Shown here: positions 33,177-41,000 of the stretch, piece by piece
How the letters are laid out: each line of letters opens with the position of its first letter
Position numbering within the stretch: position 1 is the first letter of the stretch
Origin: an uncultured Solirubrobacterales bacterium
Lineage (GTDB): Bacteria > Actinomycetota > Thermoleophilia > Solirubrobacterales > 70-9
Direction of reading: 5' to 3'
NCBI GenBank assembly: GCA_963704505.1
Contig: OY969912.1
Location: 2,294,927-2,358,926 of the forward strand
DNA length: 64,000 nt
The notes under the pieces: model-generated
What the model was told of the DNA's origin: nothing
The model's input: the letters and a program-made list of their open reading frames with translations, nothing else
The model's database searches: none
Position numbers and translations under genes: made by a program

Positions 33177-34546
33177 GGCGCGACCCCCATCGAGAAGGAG
33201 CGCAGGCGGAAGGCGACGTTGCCGCCGGCGACCGTCACCACGACCCGGCCGGTCAGCGTCCGCCCGGCGCACCAGGAATTCGACGAGCGGCTCTCGTAGC
33301 CGTCCTCGCCCACGGTCCACTCGGCCCCCAGGTCGCAGAGTGCGACGTTGGCCTCGCTGCCCGGCTCGAGCGTCGGGCGCCGCAGGCCGAAGGGCTCGGC
33401 ACCGCCGGCCAGCCGCTCGACCAGCAGCCCGAGCTCGATCGTTCCGGGCAGGACCAGGTCGGTGTGGACCGAAGCGAAGGCGGTCTCGAGCCCGGTCACC
33501 CCCATCGAGGCACTCTCGAACGGGACTTCCTTTTCCTCGGCGGCGTGCGGGGCGTGATCGGTGGCGATGCAGTCGATCGTGCCGTCGCGCAGCCCCTCGA
33601 TCAGCGCCTGGCGGTCGGGCTCGGAGCGCAGCGGCGGGTTCATCTTGAAGCGCACCGGGTCGAGGCTGCGCACCTCCTCGTCGTTTAAGCAGAGATGGTG
33701 GGGCGTCGCCTCGCAGCTGATCAGGACCCCCGCCGCGCGCGCCGCGCGGACCGCATCGACGGACTCGGCCGCGGATAGGTGCTGGACGTGGATCCTGCCC
33801 CCCTCGTAGGCGGCGATCGCGGCGTCGCGGGCGATCATCGTCGACTCCGAGATCGCCGGAACCCCGGCGAGCCCGAGCGCCGCCGAGACCGCGCCCTCGT
33901 GCATGACGCCCGCCCCGGAGAGCTCCGGATCCTCCTCGTGCAGGGCGATCGTGCCGCCGCTGAGGCGCTGGTACTGGAGCGCCCGGCGCATGATCCCGGC
34001 GCTCCGGATCGGGAGCCCGTCGTCGGAGAAGCCGAGTGCGCCGGCGCCGCGCAGCTCCGACATCTCGGTCAGCTCAGCACCGGCCATCCCCTTGGTGACC
34101 GTCGCCAGGAAGCCGGTCGGGACCGAGGCGCTCTCACGGGCCGCCTCGCGCAGCGCCTCGACGTCGGCGGCGTTGGAGACCGGCGGTTCGGTGTTCGCCA
34201 TCGCGATCACCCCGCAGAAGCCGCCGGCGGCGGCCGATCGGGTTCCGGTTTCGACGTCCTCCTTGTGCTCCTGCCCGGGGACCCGCAGGTGGACGTGCGG
34301 GTCGAAGAAGGCGGGGAATGCGTGCAGGCCGGCGGCGTCGATGACCTCCGAGTCACCCGCCTCGGCGGAGCCGGGCGCCGCCAGTTCGGCGATACGTCCC
34401 TCGCGGATGACGACGTCGTGGGTTCCCTCGATGCCGGCGACCGGGTCGAGCACGCTCGCTTCGCGCAGGATCAGGTCGGCGGCCGGTGCCGAGCGCGAGT
34501 CGAGGGCGTCGCCGAGCTCGGCCGCCGTGCTGGTGTCCGCGCTCAC
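33173..34546 (-). CDS. pyrC: Dihydroorotase
   Basis: Metal-binding DPHVHLR, plus ATDHAPH. The GTG at 34544-34546 overlaps the pyrB stop (GTGA). Confidence 0.93.
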   Translation of the reverse strand: MSADTSTAAELGDALDSRSAPAADLILREASVLDPVAGIEGTHDVVIREGRIAELAAPGSAEAGDSEVIDAAGLHAFPAFFDPHVHLRVPGQEHKEDVETGTRSAAAGGFCGVIAMANTEPPVSNAADVEALREAARESASVPTGFLATVTKGMAGAELTEMSELRGAGALGFSDDGLPIRSAGIMRRALQYQRLSGGTIALHEEDPELSGAGVMHEGAVSAALGLAGVPAISESTMIARDAAIAAYEGGRIHVQHLSAAESVDAVRAARAAGVLISCEATPHHLCLNDEEVRSLDPVRFKMNPPLRSEPDRQALIEGLRDGTIDCIATDHAPHAAEEKEVPFESASMGVTGLETAFASVHTDLVLPGTIELGLLVERLAGGAEPFGLRRPTLEPGSEANVALCDLGAEWTVGEDGYESRSSNSWCAGRTLTGRVVVTVAGGNVAFRLRSFSMGVAP

Positions 34547-35511
34547 GCCGAGGTGCCGATCGGGGTCGGGTCCGCCGGGGCGCCGTCGTCGTGGCCGGCA
34601 GGCTCGGTGCGGCCGGCACTCGCGGCCAGCAGCTCGTAGAGGATCGCCATCCGCACGACCAGCCCCGAGGCAACCTGCTCGGTGATCAGGCACTGGGGCG
34701 AGTCGATCACCTCGCCGGAGAGCTCGACTCCGCGGTTGACCGGCCCTGGGTGCATCAGCAGCTGCCGCGGCCCGAGCCGCCGCGAGTCGATCTGGAAGCA
34801 GGCCGCGTACTCGCGCAGCGAGGGCACGAAGCTCTCCTCCATGCGCTCGAGCTGCATCCGCAGGGCGTAGACGACGTCGGCCTCCTCGAGCCGGTCGAGC
34901 GAGTGGGTCACCTCGCAGCCGAGCTGCTCGATCCCGCGCGGGATCAGGGTCGGGGGGCCGCAGACGGTGACCTCGGCGCCCATCGCCCGGAAGGCCATCA
35001 GGTTGGAGCGGGCGACCCTGCTGTGCAGGACGTCGCCGACGATCCAGATTCGCCTGCCCTCCAGCGAGCCGAGCCGGCGGCGCAGCGTGTAGACGTCGAG
35101 CAGGGCCTGGCTCGGATGCTCGTGCTTGCCGTCGCCCGCGTTGATGACCGATGCCTCGCTCCAGCCGGCGACCAGCTGGGCGGCGCCGGCGTGCGGATGA
35201 CGGATCACGATCGCCGCCGGGTCATAGGCGGAGAGGGTGGCGACCGTGTCCTTCAGCGACTCGCCCTTGTCGACCGAGGAGCCGGCCGCCTTGACCGAGA
35301 CCAGGTCGGCGGAGAGGCGCTTGGCTGCGAGCTCGAAGGAGGAGCTGGTCCGGGTGCTCGACTCGTAGAAGAGCGTGACGATCGTGCGACCCCGCAGGGT
35401 CGGCACCTTCTTGATGTCGCGGCGGCCGACCTCGGCGAAGCTCTCGGCGCGATCGAGGATCTCCTCGATCTGCTCGCGGCTGAGCTGGTCGATCGCGAGC
35501 AGGTGCTTCAC
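34543..35511 (-). CDS. pyrB: Aspartate carbamoyltransferase catalytic subunit
   Basis: Motifs STRTSSSFE, HPSQAL and HPGPVNRG. The GTG start overlaps the pyrR stop (GTGA). Confidence 0.96.
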   Translation of the reverse strand: MKHLLAIDQLSREQIEEILDRAESFAEVGRRDIKKVPTLRGRTIVTLFYESSTRTSSSFELAAKRLSADLVSVKAAGSSVDKGESLKDTVATLSAYDPAAIVIRHPHAGAAQLVAGWSEASVINAGDGKHEHPSQALLDVYTLRRRLGSLEGRRIWIVGDVLHSRVARSNLMAFRAMGAEVTVCGPPTLIPRGIEQLGCEVTHSLDRLEEADVVYALRMQLERMEESFVPSLREYAACFQIDSRRLGPRQLLMHPGPVNRGVELSGEVIDSPQCLITEQVASGLVVRMAILYELLAASAGRTEPAGHDDGAPADPTPIGTSA

Positions 35512-36062
35512 GCGGCCACCCCGGCGGCCTCGGAAATCGTCACCTCGTCGACGCCGTCGCTCTCCTCGAGCCTGACGTTGACCCGCTCGTCCTGGGCGGT
35601 CGGCAGGTTTTTGCCGACGTAGTCCGGGCGCAGCGGCAGCTCGCGGTGGCCGCGGTCGCAGAGGACCGCCAGCTGCACCCGCGGCGGCCTGCCGTAGTCG
35701 AAGAGCGCGTCGATCGCCGCCCGCACCGTGCGCCCGGTGAAGAGGACATCGTCGACCAGGATCACCGTCCGGTCGCTGAGGTCGAAATCGATGTGCGAAG
35801 CGTGGACGACCGGCTGCGCGGCCGGGGACTTGGCGCCGACGTCGTCGCGGTAGAAGGAGATGTCGATGTCGCCGATCGGCAATTCGACCCCGGTCAGCTC
35901 ACCGAGCAGCGCGTGCAGGCGGCGGGCCAGGATGGCGCCCCGTGTGTGAATGCCGACGATCGCCAGGGCCCCGGAATCGGGATGCTTCTCGGCGATCTCG
36001 TGGGCGATCCGCTTCAGCGTTCGCCGCAGGTCGTCGCGCTTGAGCACGACAGTCTCACTCAC
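35508..36062 (-). CDS. pyrR: Bifunctional pyrimidine operon regulator / uracil phosphoribosyltransferase PyrR
   Basis: PRPP motif VILVDDVLFTGRTVRAA and N-terminus RTLKRIAHEI. GTG start preceded by a GGAAGGAG Shine-Dalgarno. Confidence 0.93.
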   Translation of the reverse strand: MSETVVLKRDDLRRTLKRIAHEIAEKHPDSGALAIVGIHTRGAILARRLHALLGELTGVELPIGDIDISFYRDDVGAKSPAAQPVVHASHIDFDLSDRTVILVDDVLFTGRTVRAAIDALFDYGRPPRVQLAVLCDRGHRELPLRPDYVGKNLPTAQDERVNVRLEESDGVDEVTISEAAGVAA

Positions 36063-36073
36063 TTCGTTTTGCT

Positions 36074-36104
36074 CCTTCCTGGCCTCGCGGGACCGGGTTA
36101 AAGG
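36074..36104 (-). promoter_or_regulatory. Candidate PyrR-binding stem-loop that sequesters the pyrR Shine-Dalgarno
   Basis: The minus strand reads CCUUUAACCCGGUCCCGCGAGGCCAGGAAGG. The core GUCC-CGCGA-GGCC resembles the PyrR box consensus as I recall it (RUCC-AGAGA-GGYU). The outer CCUU/AAGG pairing would include the Shine-Dalgarno. Confidence 0.35.
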
Positions 36105-36116
36105 ACGATTCGCAGG

Positions 36117-37076
36117 CTAGCAGTCCTCGCGGCGCTCGCGGGTGCCATTGGGGACCAGAACGGGGCCTCCCCGCTCGGAAAATGGGACCTCGACAAGGTC
36201 GAAGTCGCGCGGGGCGACGCAGCCCTCGAAAACCTCCCGCGCCTCCTCGAGAACGGCGCCGACGTGGTAGCGGGAGGAGATGTGGACGAGCGCGAGCATC
36301 TCGACCTCGGCCTCACGGGCGACCGCGGCGGCCTGTCCCACGGTCGAGTGCCCGGTGTCGAGCGCGCGCTGGACCTCCTCCTCGGAGAAGCTGGCGTCGT
36401 GAACCAACAGCTCGGCGCCATGGGCGGCCTCGACGGTCGCCTGGCAGGGGCCGGTGTCGCCGGTGATCACGATCGTGCGGCCCGGACGAGCCTCGCCGAC
36501 CACCTCGGCGGCGCTCACGGGCCCCCCCGCGCCCTGGACCGTCTCGCCGCGCTGCAGGGCGGCGAAGTCCGGCCCTTCCGGGACGCCCAGGCTCTTGGCG
36601 GCCTCGAGGTCGAAGCGACCGGGTCGCTCGTCCTCGACCAGCGCATAGCCGTGCGCCCTGACGCTGTGCTCGACCGCGAAGGGGCGGACCTCACCCTCCT
36701 CGACCGGGATCGCCTCGCCGGGGTCCAACTCGACCAGCTCGAGCTTGAACCCGATCCGCCCGATCAGCCTCCCGAGGGTCTTGAAGAGGTCGGTCAGCCC
36801 GCGCGGGCCGTAGACGGTGAGCGGCCGCTCGCGGTCGGTGAGGTCATACGTTTTGAGCAGCCCCGGCAGGCCGAGAAAATGATCGGCGTGGAAGTGGGTC
36901 AGGTAGATCGCGTCGACCTGAACGAGGCCGAGCGACTTCTGCAGCTGGCGCTGCGTCCCCTCGCCGCAATCGAAGAGCAGGCGTTCGCCACCGCGGCTGA
37001 CCAGCACGCTCGCGGTCGAGCGCCGCGCCGAGGGCACCGCGCCGCCGGTGCCGAGGAATGCGACCGAGAGATCCAT
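36117..37076 (-). CDS. rnz: Ribonuclease Z (tRNA 3' endonuclease, MBL fold)
   Basis: N-terminus FLGTGGAVPSARRSTASVLV and motif HFHADH, with a C-terminal His. Size about 319 aa. Confidence 0.88.
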   Translation of the reverse strand: MDLSVAFLGTGGAVPSARRSTASVLVSRGGERLLFDCGEGTQRQLQKSLGLVQVDAIYLTHFHADHFLGLPGLLKTYDLTDRERPLTVYGPRGLTDLFKTLGRLIGRIGFKLELVELDPGEAIPVEEGEVRPFAVEHSVRAHGYALVEDERPGRFDLEAAKSLGVPEGPDFAALQRGETVQGAGGPVSAAEVVGEARPGRTIVITGDTGPCQATVEAAHGAELLVHDASFSEEEVQRALDTGHSTVGQAAAVAREAEVEMLALVHISSRYHVGAVLEEAREVFEGCVAPRDFDLVEVPFSERGGPVLVPNGTRERREDC

Positions 37077-37113
37077 CGGCCGCGAGCCTACGCGAAGCTA
37101 GACTGGCCGCTCG

Positions 37114-37187
37114 GCGCCCGTAGCTCAGCTGGATAGAGCGCTTCCCTCCGGAGGAAGAGGTCACAGGTTCGAATCCTGTCGGGCGCG
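37114..37187 (+). tRNA. tRNA-Arg (anticodon CCG), with no encoded CCA
   Basis: I folded the cloverleaf by hand. Acceptor stem GCGCCCG/CGGGCGC, D-arm GCTC-AGCTGGATA-GAGC and anticodon arm CTTCC-CTCCGGA-GGAAG (anticodon CCG). The variable loop is AGGTC, the T-arm is ACAGG-TTCGAAT-CCTGT and the discriminator is G. It is followed by TCT rather than CCA. Confidence 0.93.
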
Positions 37188-37396
37188 TCTCGAGCAGAGC
37201 TCTATACGGGCAGGTTCTCGTGCCCGGGGCTGTACTCGGAGTAGATCGGGTGGCGCCCGAGTGCTCTTCCGAGCGGAGCTAGCACCGCAAAAAGGGCACG
37301 CTGGACGACGACCGGAGGCTTGACCAGGGCCCCCGGCCGCGACCCAAATCTAAGTTCTGCCTAAAGATCGCTCGGGTGGCTGCCGATATCCGGTTC

Positions 37397-37834
37397 ATGA
37401 AGAGCCGGATACAAAACCTTCGATCGAGCGAGGCCGGGTTCACGCTGATCGAGCTCCTCGTAGTCATGCTCATCCTCGGCATCCTTGCCGCGATCGCCCT
37501 GCCGGCGTTCTTCAACCAGAGGAACAAGGCCGGCGACGCGAAGGCCAAGGAGTACGCGCACAGCGCCCAGGTGGCGATCGAGACCTACGCCACCGAAAAC
37601 GGCGGCAGCTACAAAGAAGCCTCGCTTGAAGCGCTGCAAAAAATCGAGCCGACCTTGAACAGCGCAAAAATCACAGTGGTCAAAGGTGAACCGAAGGAAT
37701 ATGAACTCTCTTCGGAATCGACCACCGGCAACAAATTCAACATCAAAGATGTCAGCGGAACGATCACATTCCCCTGCACCACCAAGGGAACTGGTGGCTG
37801 CCCTGAAGTTGCGGGCGCAGGGAAGTGGGGCTGA
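37397..37834 (+). CDS. Type IV pilin / pseudopilin with a prepilin N-terminal cleavage-methylation motif
   Basis: MKSRIQNLRSSEAG|FTLIELLVVMLILGILAAIALPAF is a class III signal peptide (G-1, F+1, E+5). The C-terminal half is visibly lower in GC, with a Cys pair (CTTKGTGGC). Confidence 0.85.
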   Translation: MKSRIQNLRSSEAGFTLIELLVVMLILGILAAIALPAFFNQRNKAGDAKAKEYAHSAQVAIETYATENGGSYKEASLEALQKIEPTLNSAKITVVKGEPKEYELSSESTTGNKFNIKDVSGTITFPCTTKGTGGCPEVAGAGKWG

Positions 37835-37839
37835 GTCGA

Positions 37840-37864
37840 CCTCCTGGCCCCAGAGGCCATGAGG
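37840..37864 (+). terminator. Hairpin immediately after the pilin stop
   Basis: CCTCCTGGCC-CCAGA-GGCCATGAGG forms a 10-bp stem with one mismatch. No T-run follows. Confidence 0.3.
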
Positions 37865-37937
37865 ATCGCTCGCCCTAGCACGACCGATCAAGAAGTAAAA
37901 CCGCAACTAGACAAGGGTTGTACGGTTTTTTGGTCAA

Positions 37938-39086
37938 ATGAATCGAACCGTGCTGATGGGAGGCGCAGCGCTGTTCACGATCGTGATCGCGATCGGGGCA
38001 TTCGTCGCCATGCCCGCGAGCGGCGCGCCGGGCGACGCGCCTGACACCGTCATCGACTCCGGGCCGAGCGGTCCGACCAACGTTTCGACTCCCTCCTTCG
38101 GCTTCCACTCGACCCAGTCCGAATCGACCTTCGAATGCTCGGTCGACACGGGGACAGCCGCATTCGGGCCCTGTGTCGAGCCGACCCCGGCCCTCGCCGA
38201 CGGCTCATACACGTTCCGCGTCCGCGCGATCAACGCCGAAGCGATCGTCGACGACACCCCGGCAACCCGGGACTTCACGGTCGACACGACCCCTCCGGAG
38301 ACGATCATCGACTCGGCGCCGAGTGGAACGACGGAAGCCTCGGAACTCATGTTCTCCTTCCACTCGAGCGAGCCCGGATCGACCTTCGAATGCTCGACCG
38401 ACACCGGCACACCCGCGTTCAAGGGATGCGTGAAGGACGGCGAAGACCTCGAAGACGGCCCCTACACCTACCGCGTGCGTGCCACCGACCGGGCCGGGAA
38501 CGTCGATCCGACACCGGCGACCAGCGCCTTCACCTTGGTCGAGCCGCCGCCGGTCTACGGGAAGACCGTCAACCTCCAGTCCGTCTCAGGGACCGTCCGG
38601 GTGAAAATCCCGGGCAGCAACAAATTCGTCGTCCTCGGCCACGAAGCGCACGTCAAAGTCGGCTCGGTGCTGGACGCCAGCGCCGGCCGCGTCCACATCG
38701 TCTCCGCCAAATCGAAACACGGCAGCCTGCAGGGCGCCGATTTCTACTCGGGCCGATTCATCGTGCTGCAGCCGGCGAAGGGCACGCCGGTGACGATCCT
38801 GAAGCTGGCCTCCGAGCTTGCCTGCGGCGACGCCCGGCGCAGTGGCGCTTCAGCTTCCCGCTCGAAGAAGAAGGGGAACGGGCTGTGGGGCAGCGGCCAC
38901 GGCAACTACAAGACGGTAGGCAGCTACGGCTCGGCAACCGTCCGGGGCACGGTCTGGTTCACCCAGGACCTCTGCGACGGGACGTTCTTCCACGTCACCC
39001 TTCACGACATCGTCGTCAAGGACTTCACGCGGCATCGCACGGTGACGGTCAAGCAGGGCTCGACCTACTTCGCGCCCGCGCCCTAG
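37938..39086 (+). CDS. Secreted/anchored protein with two tandem Ig-like-type domains and a beta-rich C-terminal domain; hypothetical
   Basis: N-terminal signal/TM (GAALFTIVIAIGAFVAMPASG), two 85-aa repeats, then a C-domain with the motifs LWGSGHGNYKTVG and VRGTVWFTQDLCDGT. Confidence 0.75.
   Translation: MNRTVLMGGAALFTIVIAIGAFVAMPASGAPGDAPDTVIDSGPSGPTNVSTPSFGFHSTQSESTFECSVDTGTAAFGPCVEPTPALADGSYTFRVRAINAEAIVDDTPATRDFTVDTTPPETIIDSAPSGTTEASELMFSFHSSEPGSTFECSTDTGTPAFKGCVKDGEDLEDGPYTYRVRATDRAGNVDPTPATSAFTLVEPPPVYGKTVNLQSVSGTVRVKIPGSNKFVVLGHEAHVKVGSVLDASAGRVHIVSAKSKHGSLQGADFYSGRFIVLQPAKGTPVTILKLASELACGDARRSGASASRSKKKGNGLWGSGHGNYKTVGSYGSATVRGTVWFTQDLCDGTFFHVTLHDIVVKDFTRHRTVTVKQGSTYFAPAP
38043..38552 (+). 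repeat. Tandem 85-aa coding repeat (x2) within the secreted protein
   Basis: Unit 1 is DTVIDSGPSG..STFECSVDTGTAAFGPCV..LADGSYTFRVRAINAE..DDTPATRDFTVDTTPP. Unit 2 is ETIIDSAPSG..STFECSTDTGTPAFKGCV..LEDGPYTYRVRATDRAGNVDPTPATSAFTLVEPPP. Confidence 0.7.
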
Positions 39087-39373
39087 TCCGTCAGGGCGTG
39101 GCGACCGCGGCCGTCGAGACGCGCGGTATGCGGAATCCGTAAAGGAACAGCTTTCTCATCGGGCAATTCTCCTGGTATCGGCAGAGGTTGAGCTCTGTGT
39201 TCACCAAGCCGGCGGCCGAGCCATCTCCGCTTTGGAGACCTCTTGCTTTGCGTCCCCGCCTCACGACGGGTTTGCCCTTGTTCAGCTGAGTACTTCTGCC
39301 CTAATCGGCACCGGCCGGCCGACCTTGATCGAACAAACGTCCAGATTCCCCGGATCTGGCCTTCTGTTGGGCG

Positions 39374-40267
39374 TCAGGCGGTGCGGAAACGGGCGCGCCA
39401 CTCGTCCGAATCGAACTCGGCCGGCTCGGTCTCGGCGAGGAAGCGCTGGAGCGCGATCACGAACCGGCCGGGGGCCTCGACCTGCGGCAGGTGCCCGACC
39501 TCCTCGAAGACGACAAGGCTGCTGTTGGGCAAGGAGTCGTGGGCTTCGCGGCCGTGGCTGACGGGGATGATCGAGTCCTCCTCGCCCCAGACGATCAGCA
39601 GGGGCAAGCCACCCGCCAGGTAGAGGCGGTCCTCCGCCGCGATCCGCTGACCCTCGGTGCCGACGACCGCGCGCACGGTCGCCAGGAAGGCCGCTCGGCG
39701 CTCGCTGTCGCCGAGGGATGCGTAGCTGCGCGCCACCTCGGCGAGGTCGGCGTTCGGCTGCAGGCCGAGCAGGCCGAGCCCGCGACCGACCACCGAGCCG
39801 GCAACCCGGCCGACCCCGGCCGTCGCCCCGATGAAGAGGTCGGCCCCGGGCAGCGACGCGGCGCGCAGCACGAGGCTCACCTCGGAGCCGAGCCCGCCGC
39901 TGGAGACGAGGACCATGCGCTCGACCATCTCGGGGAACTGGTAGGTGAACTGCATCGCGATGCCGCCGCCGAGCGAGTGCCCCACCAGGGTCGCCCGCTC
40001 ATGGCCGAGGGCGAGAAGGAGGTCGCGGAGGCCCGACGCAAGCGAGCCGAGCGAGTAGTCGCCGCCGCCGGGCTCCGAGCCGCCGTGCCCGGGCAGGTCG
40101 ACGGCGATCACCGTGTGTTCGCGACCGAGCATCTCGCGCACCGGCTCCCAGTGAAGCGAGTTGCCCGCCATGCCGTGGATCAGGAGGAGCACGGGCCCGG
40201 AGCCGGCTTCCGTGTAGGAGACCGTGCGCCCGTGGATCGTCACGTAACGGGGTTCGATGCCGTCCAC
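39374..40267 (-). CDS. Alpha/beta-fold hydrolase
   Basis: Oxyanion region LLLIHGMAGNS, nucleophile elbow GHSLGGG and a C-terminal His (VGHLPQVE). The GTG start at 40265-40267 lies 1 nt after the mgtC-like stop. Confidence 0.85.
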   Translation of the reverse strand: MDGIEPRYVTIHGRTVSYTEAGSGPVLLLIHGMAGNSLHWEPVREMLGREHTVIAVDLPGHGGSEPGGGDYSLGSLASGLRDLLLALGHERATLVGHSLGGGIAMQFTYQFPEMVERMVLVSSGGLGSEVSLVLRAASLPGADLFIGATAGVGRVAGSVVGRGLGLLGLQPNADLAEVARSYASLGDSERRAAFLATVRAVVGTEGQRIAAEDRLYLAGGLPLLIVWGEEDSIIPVSHGREAHDSLPNSSLVVFEEVGHLPQVEAPGRFVIALQRFLAETEPAEFDSDEWRARFRTA

Positions 40268-40268
40268 G

Positions 40269-40964
40269 CTAGTCGAACATCTCGTTGACGTCTCCGGCGG
40301 CGACGCTGAGGACTCCGTCGATCTCCCCCAGCTCGCCGGCCAGCAGCGCAACGGCACCGCTGCCGTGGATCTCGAGGGCCACCGAGACCGCACCGGGGTG
40401 CCCCTCCTCCGCCCGGTCGACGTTGACGTCGGCGACCTTGAAGTCCCGCGCGGTGCAGGCGGCGAGGACCCGGCGCAGCACGCCGCGGCCGTCCTCGTAG
40501 ACGACGCGCAGCGCCGAGGGCGCATACGGGGAGGCCGGCAGGCGCCGGGCCAGCGGCGCAAGGCCGAAGACGACGCCGAAGTAGGCGAGGGTCGTGGCAA
40601 TCGCCAGGACCGGCAGCGAGGCGCCGCAGGCGGCCCCGACGGCAGCGGTCAGCCATACACCCGCCGCGGTGGTCAGGCCGCGGACCGAGTCGCGGCGGAC
40701 GAAGATCAGACCGGCGCCGATGAAGCCGATGCCGGAGACGATCTGGGCAGCGACGCGCGACGGGTCGAGGATCACGTCCCGCCCGATCACGTCGAAGAAG
40801 CCGTACTTGCTGATCAGCATGAACAGGGCCGAGCCGAGGCCGACCAGCGTGTAGGTGCGCAGGCCGGCACTTTTCTGGCGCAGCTCTCGCTCCAGGCCGA
40901 TCGCCGATGAAAGCGCGAGGGCCAGGGCAAGGCGCCAGATCAGGTCCCACTCATTGACGGACAT
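40269..40964 (-). CDS. mgtC: MgtC/SapB family membrane protein
   Basis: WDLIWRLALALALSSAIGLERELRQKSAGLRTYTLVGLGSALFMLIS is the canonical MgtC N-domain. An ACT-like C-domain follows. Confidence 0.88.
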   Translation of the reverse strand: MSVNEWDLIWRLALALALSSAIGLERELRQKSAGLRTYTLVGLGSALFMLISKYGFFDVIGRDVILDPSRVAAQIVSGIGFIGAGLIFVRRDSVRGLTTAAGVWLTAAVGAACGASLPVLAIATTLAYFGVVFGLAPLARRLPASPYAPSALRVVYEDGRGVLRRVLAACTARDFKVADVNVDRAEEGHPGAVSVALEIHGSGAVALLAGELGEIDGVLSVAAGDVNEMFD

Positions 40965-41000
40965 TATTCCTAACCAATCTAGTCAAGAAAGCTCGGCGGC

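Noticed and set aside
37280-37310. Sigma-54 promoter upstream of the pilin gene (GGGCACGCTGGACGA)
   Set aside because: The GG of the -24 element is present, but the -12 TTGC element is absent (ACGA). This does not meet the TGGCAC-N5-TTGC consensus.
37188-39373. Integrative element with att repeats at tRNA-Arg
   Set aside because: I found no integrase or recombinase gene and no direct repeat of the tRNA 3' end (GGTTCGAATCCTGTCGGGCGCG) in the flanking non-coding DNA. I therefore report only a compositionally odd islet, not a mobile element.
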